From the NCBI GenBank assembly GCA_951406725.2, contig OX597821.1:80538001-80602000 (forward strand): a stretch of 64,000 nt of DNA, read 5' to 3'. Source of the stretch: Octopus vulgaris. Lineage: Eukaryota. The stretch's first letter is position 1. Each line of letters opens with the position of its first letter. Shown here piece after piece: positions 13,263 to 25,367 of this stretch. Under the pieces are notes generated by a model. The model saw only the letters and a program-made list of their open reading frames with translations. It made no database searches and was not told where the DNA came from. The position numbers and the translations under genes were made by a program.

Positions 13263-14201
13263 GTATTGGGAGATATATAGAGAAGGGAGAAAATATGTAT
13301 GAGAGACCGAAAGGCTGGTGAGTTTTGTGTTACCTCCCTTTGCTTCAGTTTTATTATTTACATTGTTGTTTGATTTGACTTGCATTTATTATATAAATAT
13401 GATAGAAGACGCTAGCTTCCTTCTCTTTAAAGTCTTTTCGTATGTTTCATACATTTATATCTATACCAAACTGTTACCCGAATATATGACGGATAGCGTT
13501 CGGAAGAAATGTTTTTGCCCATCAGAGTAATATTACGTAATATCACTTCTTTTACCTCTTTACTCTTATTTGTTTTTATCATTAGACAACGGCCATGCTG
13601 AAGCACCAAAATTAAATTACTTTTTTTTCTTGCATATCTGAGATAACTATGTTATTAATAACAGTACTACTGTTTAACTATCAATTAGTTACATAATTAA
13701 CATTACCTGATACAAAAGTATGTTCCCCAACATCACTTGTCATATGACACATAATACTCAAACTAATATATGGTAACCAAAAGACATAAATCCAGTTAGA
13801 AGAGTGTTATCTCTTTTTGGGGGTGAGCAAACAGAAAAAAGAGATGGGATGCACATTGCTATGCATTAATAGGTAACAATGTGTATATACACGCAAGCAC
13901 ACACTCATAATATCTAAGATCTAACGAAAGCTATGGCGTTTACTCTTATCAATTGAACCAAGTAGTTGTCCTCTTTCGCTGCCAATTTCTTCCTACAGGT
14001 TTAATCACATGACCTGAAATGGCCAATAAGAACGAGCCTCCGCTCTCGTCCATTGTCGTTCAACCTTATTCAGAAATCGCGTTTGCCTTGCCTCACTCAA
14101 TATCGAAGTATCGAAACAATATTTGTGTTTGGGAAACTTTTAGTAAAGCAAATCTAAGTCAAATTATAAATGCATTCACACATATTGTGTAAGCTTATAT
14201 A

Positions 14202-14246
<45 letters not shown>

Positions 14247-14282
14247 ACTATTGAATTCTGTGTGTCTATGCATGTATGTATG

Positions 14283-14327
<45 letters not shown>

Positions 14328-14542
14328 GTTTAGTGTCAGCTGTCGGAAAAATGAGTACTCGATGTCATAGTAGGGTAGTAGAGATAATTAATATCTTTAA
14401 TTTTTTATTGCCTACATGCTTAGCTGTATTTCGTCTGCCTTTACGTTCTGAGTTCAAATTCCGCCGAGGTCGACTTTGACTTTCATTAACCCCAAGATTC
14501 CGAGTTCGATTCCAGGGAGTGGCTTGAATAATAATAATAATA

Positions 14543-14595
<53 letters not shown>

Positions 14596-15344
14596 AACAA
14601 CAACAACAACAACAACATCGAAAAATACTTTAGGAATAGAGAACAATTCAGCAGATAAAGAACTAGGCACATGTTTAAAGGAAAAAGATGGGACAATCAT
14701 GACGGGTACATTTTCCCTTATAGCTCTATTCAATCGCGGCTGACCTGGGCCCAAACAACAAGAACAAATTGTTGGGGACTTCTTCCCTTTAACTTTATAG
14801 ACCAATGAAACCCTCCCACTTTGTAGTCTCTCAGCATTCTATAAATCACGACCAAATCTCCAACAAATTACACGCTACTCTCTTTACATATATATATATA
14901 TATATATATGATGAATGCATTGGGGGATTGGTTTCATCCATCTGTTTTTAAGTCCATGTTATGTAATACGAGAAAAGTTTGGTTGCTATTTCTAGCAGGC
15001 TGAAGAACCACTTAGTTGTTCTCTCGTTGGCTTGGGTTCGGGTGTGTCAACAGAATAGCCACGGTTAGTAATTAGGTAATTGATGATAAATGGAAGGAGT
15101 GGCCAATGGAATAGTGAGGCGTGACTGTGGAAAGTGGGTGTGGCTTTCAAATAACTAGAACAAACCCTTATAATGACAGGTGTGCAAAAATATGTTTGAC
15201 CAGGAACTAGACAACATGAGAAACAACTGCTTTTTATGCTAATTCTGCTTAATCTATGCGTAATTATACATTCATGAACCACTGGAAGGAATTTTACTAG
15301 TCACAAGAAACTGTTCAGTACGTTGTCACGCTAAAAAATATATA

Positions 15345-15900
15345 TATTCTCTTTTACTCTTTTAGTTGTTTCAGCCATTTGACTGTGGCCATGCTGGAGC
15401 ACCGCCTTTAGTCGAGCAAATCGATCCCAGGACTTATACTTTTTAAGCCTAGTATTTATTCTATTGGGTCTTTTGCCGAACCGCTAAGTTACGGGGACGT
15501 AAACACACCAGCATCGGTTGTCAAGCGATGTTGGGGGGGGGGACAAACACAAACGCATAAACACACACACACATACATATATATATACATATATACGACG
15601 GGCTTCTTTCAGTTTCCGTCAACCAAATCCACTCGTAAGACTTTGGTCGGCACGAGGCTATAGTAGAAGACACTTGCCCAAAGTGCCACGCAGTGGGACT
15701 GAACCCGGAACCATGTGGTTGGTAAGCAAGCTACCTACCACACAGCCACTCACAAAGGCAGTATTAATATCCTTTCTACTATATGTACAAAGCCTGAAAT
15801 TTGGAGGGAGGGAACCAGTCAATTAGATCGACCCCAGTATGCAAGTGGTACTTAATTTATCGTCCCCGAAAGGATGAAAGGCAAAGTCGACCTCGGCAGA
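15345..15900 (-). mobile_element. SINE A (15345-15752) followed by a SINE B core (15765-15900), both on the minus strand
   Basis: Reverse complements of the family A and B sequences. Confidence 0.85.
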
Positions 15901-16527
15901 TCCTCATGATTGCGAAGTAAACTTCGTAACCATTCAGCCATACCACATTATTTAGATAAAGAAGAAAATTGTTCCTCTACAATAGTTTGCTGTTAGATTT
16001 GAATTTGTTTTTACCGACCGTCGGAGAAATTGAACCTATGACTATTCAAGGAACTGTCGTCAATTCCACAGTCCTGATGTATATGTCACCCTAGAAGTAT
16101 TTAGAAGTAAGTACAATGACTAGTGACTCACAGGTGCTGTTAGTAACGTGTAGGCCGGTACAACTTGTTGTATTGTTGAGTCAACGGCGATTAAACCGGA
16201 TTTCTCGCCTCCCAGCCTTGAAACCCAGCATGAAAACAAACAAAATCTGTGAAAAGGACGACTGAACTAAAGGTAAGGTCAACGACTCTTTAGCATTAAC
16301 GCGTCCACTGAGAACGTCTTGTATCCTGTATGACCACTGAAAGTGAGCCACCCTTTAGCTTTTACAAAAGTACGTCTTTAGAAGAAAGCTTTGCTGTGCA
16401 CTCAGCTACACCGGCGGTGTAACTGGGTGGTAGTCTAGGCTCAGAAGCTTTGCAAAGACTCTCCTTGCATATACCCTCACTGCCTGAGAAGGTCTCGAAT
16501 GAGTTAAAGGCTAATGGAATCAATGGT

Positions 16528-16966
16528 TGCTTCTTTGCGGCTAAGGGTTTTTAACTGTTATTTTTGGTAATGTAGGTGCTACCCCGCACCGTCAATCACA
16601 ATTAATGACAACTGATTTTTTCCTTTTGGGGTTTATATTGCGTATAACCGTCTTCGTTATTTTATAATTTTCCCATTACCATTTTGCCGAATCAGCCATT
16701 GATTCATATGGCAAATACTATGTACTGACAGTTTGGATTTAGCCAAACCATCCAGCGATTGAGTACTCACCATTGATGAGCTTTAATTTCAAGCGAAACT
16801 AGACTAGTGGGGCGGTTATCTCTCCTGTCAATGCATAGACATGTGCTTCTTTGTGGCTAAGGTTTTTTTAACTTTTATTTCTAACAATGTAGGTGCTACC
16901 CCGCGCCGTCAGTCACAATTGAATTTTTTCTTTTTGGTTTTATATTGCGTATAGCCGCCTTCGTTA
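16528..16966 (+). mobile_element. ~130-bp direct repeats (16528-16660 and 16845-16966) flanking a decayed hammerhead-like motif; Penelope pseudo-LTR or retrozyme-like
   Basis: GCTTCTTTG(C/T)GGCTAAGG..AATGTAGGTGCTACCCCGC..TTTATATTGCGTATA(A/G)CCG(T/C)CTTCGTTA occurs twice. CACCA-TTGATGA-GCTT..AAGC-GAAA-CTAGAC-TAGTG lies between them at 16768-16809. Confidence 0.55.
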
Positions 16967-18411
16967 ATATATATATGTATATATATGTATATACTTATAT
17001 ATATATATATATATATATAATTACGTCTGCTCGAAATAAACTAACTTCTTGTTGCTGATTAACCCCAATACTTATAGATTGTATCACAAACAAAATATAT
17101 AAAATTTCAATTATTCTTTAACTCAATAGGTTCTGTTCTGTTAAAACAACTATAAGGGTTTACATTGTAAATTTATATTTAACACTAATTATCATGTAAT
17201 ACATGTAACAGTGTCTCTTTTCGCTGAAACAATTCCACTTTTTGCACTCTCGCTTCAACCACAAACAAGTTTAATCGCTCACAGCCGACAACACAATATC
17301 AATAAATAGTAGACATCTAGTTAGCTGCCTACCCCTCTCCACCATTATTATTTTGTTAAACAGCAGAATCGTTAGAGCATCGGATAGAATGTCATATGGT
17401 ATTCGTTCTGGTCCTCTGCTTTCTGATTTCAAATCCTGCCATGGTTAACATTGTCTTTCATCCATTCAGAATCAATAAAACAATGTAATAATCCAACGTA
17501 GCGAACTGGAGAAACAGTAAGAACGTCTGACGGGATGCCTTGCAGCATTTGTTCATGATCAAACCTGGAGGGAAGGGGTAGACTGACTTTGTCCTCCGGT
17601 CTAACAGCTCCACCTGGCACCATGGGTGCCTTTAGTGAAATCCAGTGTGTTGAAAGTATTCATATACATACACGACGGGCTTCCACACAGTTTCCGTCTA
17701 CTAAGTTCACTCATAATACACTGGTCGACTCGGGCTATAGTAGAAGACACGTTCTGTACCAAAAACCACGTTGAAGCAAAACGAGCATCTTTTCACAGTC
17801 AGGCCTTTACTTATACACGTAGTGTCTTTCGTTTGCTGGCATATACAGGATTACATTGGTCTATATGGACAGGGTGTGATTTGAAAGAAATTCGGCTGTT
17901 GTTTCTTGCAAGTTGAGTCTATTCCCTTTATCACGTTGATCAATACAGATTATTAAACATGTGGAGATAACTCACGATGATTAGTTTACATTTCCACTTT
18001 TCCTCCCATTTCCTACATTTCCTCCAGAGCAACACGATTACAATGAAACCCGAAACAACTTCTAAATTCAATTTGAAATCTTATATTGTTGGTATAAAAC
18101 AGAAAATGCTTTCATTAGTATATGAATGATGTGTTGGCGTTTGCGTGCACTCTTATGTGTACTTATGGGTATATATCTGCTAGAATATTTATGTCTGTAG
18201 GCAATGTTTTACGTATTTGACGAGATGCAATCTTAATTATGTGTGCGTTTGTGTGGGGGTACAACTGCTTACAAACTGTGAGCCACTGGTGCAGTGATAT
18301 TCGCCTCGCTTTGATATATAGTGTGTTCTTCATAGTCCAAAATATCTATGCAGAGATTTTAGATTTTCTTCCAGAGGAAAAAAACGCCTCATGTCTTTTA
18401 ATGGTGTATGA

Positions 18412-19378
18412 GACATTCGACTCGGCAATGACACCCCGGCCTCGTACCATTTCCGGTCTACCAGTCACTCTTTGCAACCCCTGTCTGTGTTCGGATTGTC
18501 CTTGCACAGGGGCGATCCGGACTCCCGTCTTCGCCGTGAACAAGAATCAATCTTCTCTATTCGCTCCTTTGCGCCACAAGGGCTCAACTCTCCTCCCCTC
18601 TTCATCTAACCCTCTTCCCCTCTCCTGTCTTCCTCTCACACCTACTTCCTCCCACCCACCTCTCTTCTCTTGCTTCGACTCCTACTTCTCTTCACTCCTA
18701 CCCACCTTCTCCCTTCTCCTTCTCCCTTCATCGTCACCTCTCCCTCGTAACTCCACCTCGACACAATCCAACCGCATCTTCCCTATCCATCCCATCCCAC
18801 TCCCACCCCATTCCTTACACCCACTCCCACATACCCCACCTCTAACCCCACCCTCAGGCTAACCCACACCCATCCTTGCTTTCCCCACTCTCGCCTCCCC
18901 CCACATCCCAACACCATCACACCACACCACACACCACCATACCACATAACACCACATCACATCATACTACCATGCACACACTAGCATTGACCACTTCCCA
19001 TCACCCACACCATCATCAACATACCTAAACATGCGCACACGCACACATCAAAGTCATCAGCCCTCTTCCACGCGCACATACATGCTCTCTTACACCTACG
19101 CACGCGCACCTTCGTTTTAGGATCACCATTACTTTATTATCTCTCCTTCTTTCTAGTTCTCCTGTCTGACCCTTCTGTCCGGTAGTCGCCATGATAGATG
19201 GCTAGCCACTGCACATTCTATATTTTCTGTCCCTGTTTCTTTCTGTGTTCATTTCTATGGAAGAGCGTAGGCTCGAAATGTAAAAGACTTTTTCACTTCT
19301 CGAGCGTTAAACTAATACATCTGTTTGTTGTCTACACCACCTGTCTTCGTCTTTTTCTTTTTGGCGAAATCCCCTTAT
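18412..19378 (+). mobile_element. Penelope-like element 3' fragment: GIY-YIG endonuclease C-terminus (18412-18609), C-rich 3' UTR and hammerhead-like motif
   Basis: A frame not in the ORF track reads DIRLGNDTPASYHFRSTSHSLQPLSVFGLSLHRGDPDSRLRREQESIFSIRSFAPQGLNSPPLFI*, matching the PLE endonuclease end pattern HF..HS...R..RE...IF.....P.GLN. Confidence 0.8.
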
Positions 19379-19470
19379 ATATATATATAATTTTTACCTT
19401 AATTGGTTTTTACATGCTACCTGCTTGATAAAATCCTCTATACATTTTAACCTTAATTTTAATTGATATA

Positions 19471-19504
<34 letters not shown>

Positions 19505-19531
19505 CATACATACATACATACACACACACAA

Positions 19532-19635
<104 letters not shown>

Positions 19636-19679
19636 TAGACCAAAGTGTACGTACGCAGCTATATGTTTTATATATATAA

Positions 19680-20330
19680 ATACAAAATGGGACAAAAACA
19701 CAAAACATCCAGACAGGTGATACAAAAAAGGGACGACAAAGCATCCAGATAGACGATACAAAGAAAACAAGGACGGGTCATTCAGAGTTTTCTTTCTTCA
19801 GTCGAGCTCCAGATTATCTTTGCAATTTAGGCTGGTTATACTCGAGATTGCTCCAATGTGGCCAGCCCCGAAGAAAAACTAAGCTAAGAGCATTAGATTC
19901 CTTGGAAGAAAGCAGCGTATGTATACGAAAACAAGGACGGAAAAAAACGGAGAATGTTACACAAATACAAATAACAGGACATAACAACAGGTGTCTTTCG
20001 ACTAAGGACGAATTAAATTAAGCTGGCATGTGTGGAAATAAAGCCTTACAGCAGGGACACAAGATTTAACAGGCACAGGGAGGGATATAGATGTTGCACG
20101 GACGGCGTCCGAACCAAGAAAGAAAGGTCAGGCTTGGCCAAAAACCGGTCACGTGAGGTGAGAAGCGAGAGAGGTAGAGATAGATGGACAGAAAAATAAG
20201 GAGGGGCCAGAAAAATGTCGGACACAGTGAAATGAAAAGAGGAGGGTAAGTGAGCATGAAGAGAAGGCAAGGAAATATGAGATGGGGAACGAAAAAACGA
20301 AGAGTGGAATGAACGAAGTAACCGTGAAAG
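19680..20330 (-). mobile_element. Unclassified repeat end, possibly Penelope-related
   Basis: Inserted in a TA-rich tract. Minus strand has a GCTGG...CCAGC stem followed by CTAAA-TTGCAA, echoing the PLE motif layout but without a recognisable core. Confidence 0.3.
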
Positions 20331-20986
20331 GGCTGACAGAAAGTCTTTCTATCAGCCTATGACAAGCTAACATACGCACATACGCGCACACACATGCGCG
20401 TGCATACGCGATGGGTTTTCAAACAGATACATCTACCAAATTCACTCAGAAAGCGTTGGTCAGCCCGGATCTATAGCGGAAGCCACTTGTATGAGGTGCC
20501 ACGCAGTGGAACTGGAACCGAAACCACGTTATTAGCAAGCAAGCTTCTTAGCCACACAATTTTCTTTTCCACGATCTACATAATGAGATTGGTTTCTCAG
20601 AGCATTTCCTAAATCCATTAGCTATTTTAATATTGGATTTTGCTGCTACAAACGTTATTCTATCAAACCTATAATTATCGAACCACTTACTGGTTTCAGT
20701 GTTATTATTATTTTCTCTAAGTAGCCTTTTCTAAAATTTGTTACGATATAAAAGGTATATTATATCTGTTGCATTTTGTAGAATATTTTCAAGCCTTTAC
20801 TTGGCACTTCTATGCAAACTAAGCCTGTCCTTTTGTGTGTTATACAAATTTATTTATTGATTTTCATATATCATTTCCTTTCTTTTTTTCTTTTTTTTTC
20901 TCTTGCTAAAAATAATATTTTTTCCTCACAAGACTAGTTTCTGAATGTTTAGAGACGTCGTCCAAAATATGTTTGTATGTGTGTAC

Positions 20987-21041
<55 letters not shown>

Positions 21042-21148
21042 TGTATGTATGTATGTATGTATGTATGTATGTATGTATGTATGTATGTATGTATGTATGA
21101 GTATGTATGTATACATATATATGTGTATGTATATGCACACATATATTA

Positions 21149-21190
<42 letters not shown>

Positions 21191-21207
21191 AATACATACA
21201 TACATAA

Positions 21208-21267
<60 letters not shown>

Positions 21268-21879
21268 GTATATATATATATACATATATATGCGTGTGTA
21301 CATACAATACATATATATATATACATAGATGTGTTCACAATATATTTATGTATGTGTAAAGGTGAAAGTATATATATTTATATGTGTGTCTATGTGTACA
21401 TGATTGTATATACCTGTACGTGTCTGAATCTCTGCGTATGTGTCTTTACGTGTGTCGGCACGCGTGTATGTGTGTGTGTGTCTGAGTGTGTGTGTATGCG
21501 TGTGTGTGTCTGTCTGTCTGTCTGAGAGAACGTTTTACACAAATGCAAACACATTTTCTTCATCAAAGAAGCGGTTTCTGTCTCTGAATATTTCCCAGAT
21601 TCCTTCCCTCGGTCCTTTTCTTTCCACCTCTCTTCCTCGCACCCCACCACCACCATACACGTAAACTATGTCTTACTTTCATCCTCTCTCCCACCACGAC
21701 CCTCACATCCACTTTACATATATTTCCCCCCTTATCTCGTTATCTCTCCCACCTATTCAGACGTATACATATTTTATCAATACGCCGATCTCACCTTGCG
21801 TCCGTATTTATATTTCTGCGTGTAAACATGTATGCATGTGTGTTTTTGTGCATATATACATTGTACATACATACATACA

Positions 21880-21910
<31 letters not shown>

Positions 21911-22023
21911 TCAAATATACACAGTTGCATATGTACATGCACGTGCGTGGGTGCGTATCTACCTAGCTATCTTCCTCTTCATATATACAAATGTGTGATT
22001 ATGTATATATTTATGTGTGAGTG

Positions 22024-22059
<36 letters not shown>

Positions 22060-22168
22060 TATATGTATATATAAACGCAAATGAATACACACACAAACAC
22101 ATATATACATTCATACATATATATATATATACTCATACAGGCATCTTCTAGCTATCCCTCTCTGTCCA

Positions 22169-22205
<37 letters not shown>

Positions 22206-22244
22206 ATATATATATGTGTGTGTGTGTGTGTGAGTGTGTGTGTG

Positions 22245-22275
<31 letters not shown>

Positions 22276-22660
22276 TTTGATACAGGTATACAAAACGGTC
22301 TCGTACAAATATTATTGTTTCCATCTTCCTCTATAATAAATTGTATACGACCGATAATTCTGTATAAAAAATATCCTATTTATAATATTGTGAAATTTAG
22401 GATTTCAGATATTCCTTAGATTTTGCATTGTCATTTTAAGCTTGTTGTATTACTCGACAAATGTTGCTATATTATGTCTAAGCATTAATATAACAACCTT
22501 TGCCTTATTACCATTCTTTGTTCAACAAAGGTTCATGAGAATAACAAGTCGTTTATCTCTTATAACCAGAACTCCTAGAGGTTGTTCAGCTATTTTGACT
22601 ATATACAAACATCCCTTTGGCCTGATGAAAATCCATGAATAATAAAAGACGAGAGGTGGT

Positions 22661-22745
22661 AAAAATGGCGACTGCGCTTCTATAATTCCCGCAGTTGGTT
22701 GAAAATTTCGACAAGATTCATTTCTTTAGCCGGAACAGGAAGTTA
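22661..22745 (+). promoter_or_regulatory. Promoter-like motif cluster (YY1-like, ZNF143/ACTACA-like, ETS-like) in CpG-containing non-repetitive sequence
   Basis: AAAAATGGCG at 22661, TCTATAATTCCCG at 22679, CCGGAACAGGAAGT at 22730. No transcript evidence. Confidence 0.3.
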
Positions 22746-22939
22746 TACACTACAAAGCGTATATTTATTTACAAGGGAACATTCTTCGATTTTGGGATTT
22801 TATTCGCATGGAAGTTTGCCAAGCATCGCGGGCAAACATGGATACGCAACAAGCTTAAACGACAGCGCAATTCCACGTCTAGGTCGTTTTACGCTGAAAT
22901 ACTGAAACATCAGCTATAGAGCTTTGATAGTGAGTATAA

Positions 22940-23126
22940 GGCATGGCTGTGTGGTTAAGAATCTTGCTTTGTAATCACGGGAATTCAGGTTCAGTCCTAC
23001 TGCACGCACGGTATTTTGAGCGTGTTCTACGACAGCCTCCAAGCCGAACAAACGTTTGTCAGCGAATGAAGTGGACGAAAACTGTGTGGAAACACATGTT
23101 GTGTGTGTGTGTGTGTGTGTTTGTGT

Positions 23127-23200
<74 letters not shown>

Positions 23201-23412
23201 GTCTTTTTGTTCGCATTCGTCCTTTACCACCGCTTGAAAACCGGTGCTGGTTTATTTATGTTCTCCTAAGCAACCGGTTCGGCCAAAGAGACCGCAAGAA
23301 CAGAAACCAAACTCAAAAATAAGTACTGAGGTAGATTTGTTCGACTAAAAACCTTCAAGGCAGTGCCCCAGCATGGTCGCACTTGATGACTAACGGAAGT
23401 AAAAGATAAAAG
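22940..23412 (+). mobile_element. Diverged SINE A
   Basis: GGCATGGCTGTGTGGTTAAG..GGTTCAGTCC, internal (TG)n, CCCAGCATGGTCGCA 3' module. Confidence 0.75.
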
Positions 23413-23602
23413 ATACGGGCCTGTACTGTATTGGTTTGTGAATTCTTTTTCTTGCATATATAAATAAGGAAACTGAAAACGTATTTACATACTAACTTAA
23501 CACACACACACACACACCTACACGCGCACGCACACACACGCACACAAGTACATACAAATATATATGTTTTTGTGTGTCTATCTGTGCCGCGACCGCATAG
23601 AT

Positions 23603-23786
23603 CAGTGCTCCGCAATCTTGTTTTGCTTGCGGCACATTTATATTCTTTTCAAAATTCGGTGGTACACCTGAACTGAAAATATAACTAAAAGTATAGGTGG
23701 GGGATATATGCAGGCCATACTGCAGCACACCTAGCATCGTCTTGTGACACTCCAGTGTGCCGCGGCATACTGGTTGCGGGGTACTG
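23603..23786. mobile_element. hAT-type MITE
   Basis: TIRs CAGTGCTCCGCAATC and GGTTGCGGGGTACTG; 8-bp TSD GCATAGAT / GTATAGAT; subterminal GCGGCACA/TGTGCCGC repeats. Confidence 0.8.
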
Positions 23787-24601
23787 GTATAGATTGATGT
23801 AGATAAGTCACATACACACAGAAATAAAAACAAATTGAAATATACTCAGATAAATAGATAAGAAATATGAATCATGTATTGAAAGCTCGTCAATATTAAA
23901 CGGGAATAAAACAGTTTAGAGCAGGTGGGAAAATATTAGTGAAACTTAAGAAAGAGCTTATATTGAAGGTTTAAAGAAATTGACGGATCGGAAACGTGAA
24001 TCGTATTATGGTCGTCAGTAAAATGTGTAAAGTAGATTCTTTGTAGATGGACCGAGAAGAAAACGTATGTTGCATGCAGTGAAGCTTTGAAAGCGATTTG
24101 ATTGGCTAAAACTATTGAGTATTATGTGCGCTTTGTTTTTATTTTATTCCTCTATCAGCTTTTTTTCTTTATTTGTTTTCCGTGAGATATTATTTCTTAT
24201 GTCTTCATGGTTCTTGTTTTCGATTTTTTGCTTCGTTTTACGTTTACAATACCTCTGCGAATTGTATATTTAAAACTCCATCCAGACTAAAAGGAAACTG
24301 GTTAAAAATTTTCTTAATGCATAACGTGCCATCGAAAAGAGTAGAAGAACAAGGAAAAAGAATGGAAAGAAATATAAAGTAATAAAAATAGAAAGTGAAT
24401 GAAGAAAACAGGATGTAGACTATCCAAACATTTTTCTTTCCCAAAACACATACACATATATTCGCATGTAACTAACATCTGTCTATCTAGCTTGCTATCT
24501 GCTTCTCTATCTCTGTTTATATGTGTATATATATATATATACGTAAATGTCGAACGATGAAATGAGTGCTCAACAACGCATTGGTGGATATGTAATTTCT
24601 T

Positions 24602-24700
24602 TATTTGTGAACTGAGGCTACCATTAGCTTCATGTTAGGAAAAGTAATATTTTCCTACTTTTCTTAACATGAAGCCAGTGGTTGCCTTAATTTACAAATA
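24602..24700. repeat. 99-bp imperfect hairpin with 45-bp arms and a 9-nt loop
   Basis: TATTTGTGAACTGAGGCTACCATTAGCTTCATGTTAGGAAAAGTA versus TACTTTTCTTAACATGAAGCCAGTGGTTGCCTTAATTTACAAATA; 38/45 Watson-Crick pairs by hand count. Confidence 0.8.
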
Positions 24701-24786
24701 TACATACATACATTGTGACCGCGTGTGTACCGTTGGCGATTGTTTTTCCCTCTGTCTTCCCTTCTCTGGATCTTTCCTTCTCCTAT

Positions 24787-24821
24787 GTTTCCGACGAAGA
24801 GCTTCGCTCGAAACGTTAAAC
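24787..24821 (+). ncRNA. Minimal type I hammerhead-ribozyme-like motif (U4C core variant) in a Penelope-type 3' end spanning ~24715-24905
   Basis: GTTT (stem I) CCGACGA A GAGC-TTC-GCTC (stem II) GAAA C GTT AAAC (stem I'); stem III is the palindrome AACGTT. Confidence 0.55.
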
Positions 24822-25029
24822 CCTCCTTCTTTCCTGAGCGTCCAATAATACTATATTTGTTCCACGTCCTCGCGTTGTTGTGTTTTTTTGTGCTTTCATG
24901 TGGTTTAGCGGTTCATTTGACTCCTATTTCTAGCAAAGCTAGTGCTTTACAGCACCATAATTATATTATATTATATATATGCAATGGCTTTGTTAAGCAG
25001 CGTCGATTTTTACAATTCTGTAAATAATT

Positions 25030-25367
25030 ATAATAGTATTTTACAAGCGATTACCGCGCATCGGCCAAAGAAAATAGCTTAATAATGGTGTATATATGTC
25101 CTCGACGGATAAAGTAGATTTTCCCGTACGCGTAAATCTGACGGAAAGAAATAATTATAGTTCTTAAATCTGACAAAAAGTCACAGCTTGTGCGTTGGTA
25201 TAAATGGCTAGCATACTTGTCACGAAAACAAAGAGGTGTGGGTTCGAGTCCCACGCGTAAGGGAAAAACCTACTTTTTTTCCGTCGAAGGCTTATATGAC
25301 CCATTATTAGACTATTTTCTTTAGTCATTGCGCGGTGATCGCTTATAAGCTTATAAAATACTATTAT
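25030..25367. mobile_element. MITE-like element with ~105-bp TIRs enclosing a tRNA-like Pol III unit
   Basis: Left arm TATAATAGTATTTTACAAGCGATTACCGCGCA..AAAGAAAATAGCTTAATAATGG..TCGACGGATAAAGTAGATTTTCCCGTACGCGT is the reverse complement of 25253-25367. Confidence 0.8.
25189..25260 (+). pseudogene. tRNA-like cloverleaf (tRNA pseudogene or SINE-type head) inside the MITE
   Basis: A box TGGTATAAATGG, D stem GTAT/ATAC, anticodon arm TTGT-CACGAAA-ACAA, T arm GTGGG-TTCGAGT-CCCAC, partly paired acceptor TGTGCGT/GCGTAAG, T7 run at 25274-25280. Confidence 0.6.

Noticed and set aside
18239-18862. 207-aa Pro/Ser-rich ORF
   Set aside because: Off-frame reading of the Penelope GIY-YIG end plus its C-rich UTR; the meaningful frame is 18412-18609.
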